A stretch of DNA of 64,000 nt. Source: Phormidium sp. Its GTDB lineage: Bacteria > Cyanobacteriota > Cyanobacteriia > Cyanobacteriales > Aerosakkonemataceae. Below, piece after piece: positions 61,054 through 64,000 of the stretch; the first letter of the stretch is position 1; every line of letters starts with the position of its first letter. The notes beneath the pieces are model-generated. The model had not been told where the DNA came from, did not search any database, and was given only the letters and a program-made list of their open reading frames with translations. Position numbers and translations under genes: made by a program. The stretch covers positions 1,312,001 to 1,376,000 of the forward strand of contig CP143273.1 of NCBI GenBank assembly GCA_051013385.1. Reading direction: 5' to 3'.

Positions 61054-62868
61054 CTAAATCACAGAAGCTATTTGAACCACTTCATCAAGCGCATTACTAA
61101 CAGTTCCAAAAGTAGAAACAGCAGGACGATTACCACTTTCATCAGCGTAACCTTGCGCCAACAAACGAGTCCGATTTAGACAAAGTTTGCTGAAAATTGG
61201 TGATAGTAAATCGAATTGAGTAAAGCGCGATCGCAATTCAGGAAACTCCGCCTGATAATCCAAAATAACTTCACGCACTTGTAACCAAAAATCTCGCTCA
61301 TCATATTGATGATAAGTTTCCAGCAAATCCGATAAATAGCGGAAATGACAAATAAATAAACCGCAAAAAATGTACTGACAAAGCTTCTCGTCCTTCTCTC
61401 CCGAAAAGAAGGGTTTAATTTCAGGCGGAAAACTTTCTAATTCCGGGAACGGATGCTCACTAATATTAACATCATCAAGGAAATCTTTGATCGCAATTCT
61501 CACAGGAATGTTATCTTTCAAGATTAAAATCACGTTCTCCCCATGTGGAGAAAAGACGGTTCCATAACGATAAAGGTAATGGAGAAGAGGAGGTAAAACA
61601 GCATTTAACAGACTTTTTAACCATTGAGATAAACTTAAACTTGATTGTTCAACAAGCTGAGAAATAAAAGGTTTACCCTGATAATCTAGATGTAATAAAG
61701 ATGCTAACGTTATCGGTTTTTCCTTTGGTTCGAGATAGTTAAACACACTTTCGCGCCAAAGACAACCTAGCATCTCTCGATATTGGTAAGGTGCTCCTTT
61801 GAGGTTCATATAATAAGGATGAAAATACTGAATTCCAGCGACTTCACCTAAGAGAATTAATCGGCATTTTTGGGTTAGGAAGGGATCGCGATCGCAAATT
61901 TCTTTCAACCATTCCGTCATGTATGGCGCTAAGATTGGTGCTGGTAATCCGCGATAAGTTGAAGTATTCAAAATACTAATAGGAAGTTTGACATTGCGTT
62001 TTTGAGGATTGCTGATATTTAGGAAAGTCCGAATTGATTGTTGAGGTAGGTAGTTGTCTGGCGATCGATCTAAAAAAACAATAGCCTTAGCAGCAATTTC
62101 TTCAGCAAATAAGCTGGCTAAATAAGTTTCAAATTGCCAATCATGTATCGGTAAAAAGTAATAATTTTCTGGGTTTAATCCTTGTTTAATTAGCAAATTT
62201 TGGAAGTGTTTAATTTGGCTTTCTCCCAATTCTTCTTGCAGCAATTGTTTATAACTTAATTGAGAGACTGCATTAAATTTAGCTTTGTCTTTTATTGCTG
62301 CAATCCAAAGAAAAGAAACTCGCTGTTTTTGTTCTGGTGCGTAATTCAAATAATCCTGATAATTAAAACCAATTCGACCTTTGTTAAAGGTAATCCAAGG
62401 ATGTCCTTCCATCTCTCCTTCTAGTTCGGCGTAGCTTAACTTTAATAAGTTGGTTTTGGCGGTTTCTTTGTTAGCATGAATGTGTGCATCTGCTAATAGT
62501 GTATTGCTGATTTCTCGGATAAAATGAGCAGTTGTAACTGGGTTCATTTCTATAGTTTCATGAATATCTAAAATGAATTGCAAGACTTGGGTTGCTGGTT
62601 GCCATTCTGTGTTATTTATTTGACGTTTAATGGTTTCGGGAATGACTCGGTAGCTGTTAAATAATCTGGTTTTGGCTACGAAGCGATAAACAACGGAGGC
62701 TAGGGAAAGTTGATATCGTTTGGTGTTTTTGTTGATGGTTTCGATGATTTCTGGTGTGATTATTTCTTCATACATAAATTCGGAAAGCATTTTGGCTAGT
62801 AAGTTCCGATTTATGGTTTCCCAGTTTTGGGGTTTTAAGGCTGTTTTTAAGACGTTGAGGTTTTTCAC
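61054..62868 (-). CDS. IucA/IucC family NRPS-independent siderophore synthetase
   Basis: EGHPW, KGRIGF, PIHDWQ, QQSIRT, SPHGEN and IKDF motifs. Confidence 0.92.
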   Translation of the reverse strand: MKNLNVLKTALKPQNWETINRNLLAKMLSEFMYEEIITPEIIETINKNTKRYQLSLASVVYRFVAKTRLFNSYRVIPETIKRQINNTEWQPATQVLQFILDIHETIEMNPVTTAHFIREISNTLLADAHIHANKETAKTNLLKLSYAELEGEMEGHPWITFNKGRIGFNYQDYLNYAPEQKQRVSFLWIAAIKDKAKFNAVSQLSYKQLLQEELGESQIKHFQNLLIKQGLNPENYYFLPIHDWQFETYLASLFAEEIAAKAIVFLDRSPDNYLPQQSIRTFLNISNPQKRNVKLPISILNTSTYRGLPAPILAPYMTEWLKEICDRDPFLTQKCRLILLGEVAGIQYFHPYYMNLKGAPYQYREMLGCLWRESVFNYLEPKEKPITLASLLHLDYQGKPFISQLVEQSSLSLSQWLKSLLNAVLPPLLHYLYRYGTVFSPHGENVILILKDNIPVRIAIKDFLDDVNISEHPFPELESFPPEIKPFFSGEKDEKLCQYIFCGLFICHFRYLSDLLETYHQYDERDFWLQVREVILDYQAEFPELRSRFTQFDLLSPIFSKLCLNRTRLLAQGYADESGNRPAVSTFGTVSNALDEVVQIASVI

Positions 62869-62871
62869 GAT

Positions 62872-63999
62872 TTAATCTTGGGGTATGGGGGGTAATGTTT
62901 TAGGGTTTGGTGTGTTTTGGAATATGGTAATTTTGGCGAATATCCAATTAGCAATGCTGAAAATTGCTGCTATTAAAAATGGTGCTGCTAGGTTGTAATT
63001 GCTGACTAACCAAGATGCTGCGAGTGGCGCACCTAATCTTCCAACATTGGCGAAGGATGCGGCTACACTATAGTTAAAGTGAATTCCAGTTTCGCTGCTT
63101 TCGTTGAATAATTTCAGTTGTAAAACTGTTTCGGTGACGGCGAGGAAAAATCCGTAAACTAGGCGACTGAGAATTAGGAAAAGTAGGGAGTTTGTCCAAC
63201 CTTGGAAAAATAAACTCGCTACTAATAATACCATCCCAAATGTATAAATTTGCTTTAAGTTATGGGATTTGCAAGCAAAATGAATGTAAGGTAAGGCAGC
63301 GATCGCCATCACACTAGGAATTAAAAATAGAATGCTACTATTGAGCAAACTAATGTTAAATGGTTCGGGTGCGATGACGTATTCGGTAAAGTAAGGACGA
63401 ATTAGGTTATTGGCAAGTTGAAAGGTGAGAATTGCCATCCCAATTGCTAGAATAAAACCTATTTGTTGTTTTTCTGTTGTCAGTTTTGATTCTTGTGTAG
63501 TAGGTTTATTTTGAGGTTTGGTTTCTACTCCTCGCAATAGATAAATGCAGAGTGCTAATTGGATTAAATCTGCGATCGCAACTCCATAAAATAATGACAA
63601 TGGTGCTTCCCATCCCATCATCCAAGCGCCAGCAATTGTGGAGGTAACAATTGCACCGTGAGATACTGCTTGGTAAGTTCCTGCTACTGTGGAACGTTGA
63701 CTTTCTCCGGCTAATTGAATGATTAATGTGTAAACCAAAAAGTAGCTACTTTTGAGAACAAGCAATACAACGGTATACCACAAAAATTGCTTTTCATTCG
63801 TCGCTGTCGCCATCATTGCTGTCATAATGGCGCTTCCTAATTGTCCGAAATATATTAGATGTTTGACAGAAAACCATCGCGCTAAAATTCCCCATAATGG
63901 AGAAGCAATAACTACAGTCAGGCGACAAACAAAAATGTAATATCCTGTGTAACTTAAGTCTTCTACTCCGAAAACTTTGCGGAAAAATTGTGGGTAGAA
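62872..63999 (-). CDS. MFS transporter (probable siderophore exporter), 5'-truncated by the window edge
   Basis: Frame stays open to the window end (FYPQFF...SPLWG...); multiple TM helices; ends 3 bp before the NIS synthetase. Confidence 0.8.
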   Translation of the reverse strand, partial: FYPQFFRKVFGVEDLSYTGYYIFVCRLTVVIASPLWGILARWFSVKHLIYFGQLGSAIMTAMMATATNEKQFLWYTVVLLVLKSSYFLVYTLIIQLAGESQRSTVAGTYQAVSHGAIVTSTIAGAWMMGWEAPLSLFYGVAIADLIQLALCIYLLRGVETKPQNKPTTQESKLTTEKQQIGFILAIGMAILTFQLANNLIRPYFTEYVIAPEPFNISLLNSSILFLIPSVMAIAALPYIHFACKSHNLKQIYTFGMVLLVASLFFQGWTNSLLFLILSRLVYGFFLAVTETVLQLKLFNESSETGIHFNYSVAASFANVGRLGAPLAASWLVSNYNLAAPFLIAAIFSIANWIFAKITIFQNTPNPKTLPPIPQD

Positions 64000-64000
64000 T

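Larger units (their letters stand above)
1..64000. repeat. HIP1 octamer (GCGATCGC) dispersed throughout the window
   Basis: Many copies in coding and non-coding DNA (e.g. near 561, 769, 2755 and 3579). Confidence 0.9.

Overview
AT-rich cyanobacterial chromosome segment, probably from a filamentous form (dense HIP1 GCGATCGC sites, cyanobacterial REP/STRR repeats, Uma2, DUF1822). From left to right: a general-stress/desiccation-type cluster (dps, GH31 glucosidase, DUF2267, PfpI-ferritin fusion, SDR, Zn-dehydrogenase, cupin) whose promoters share a palindromic TC-N3-C-N4-G-N3-GA motif; a membrane coiled-coil/TPR protein; degenerate Uma2 genes; a three-gene unit (GxxxG protein, HMA2 protein, atypical P1B-ATPase) resembling ferrosome (fez) clusters; a PaoABC-like molybdoenzyme operon with XdhC and MocA; WD40, Prx-Grx and LRAT-PspA genes; a minus-strand run of ethylene-receptor-like/cyanobacteriochrome kinase, REC-GGDEF-EAL, sigma-like protein, DUF1822 and CHAT-NACHT-TM protease; a REC-HD-GYP gene behind a perfect CRP box; glmU; and part of a schizokinen-type NIS siderophore synthesis/uptake cluster. 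No rRNA, tRNA, CRISPR array or intact transposase was recognised. Intergenic regions hold many small, sometimes nested, repeat/MITE elements. All calls come from motif recognition by eye; no database searches were run.
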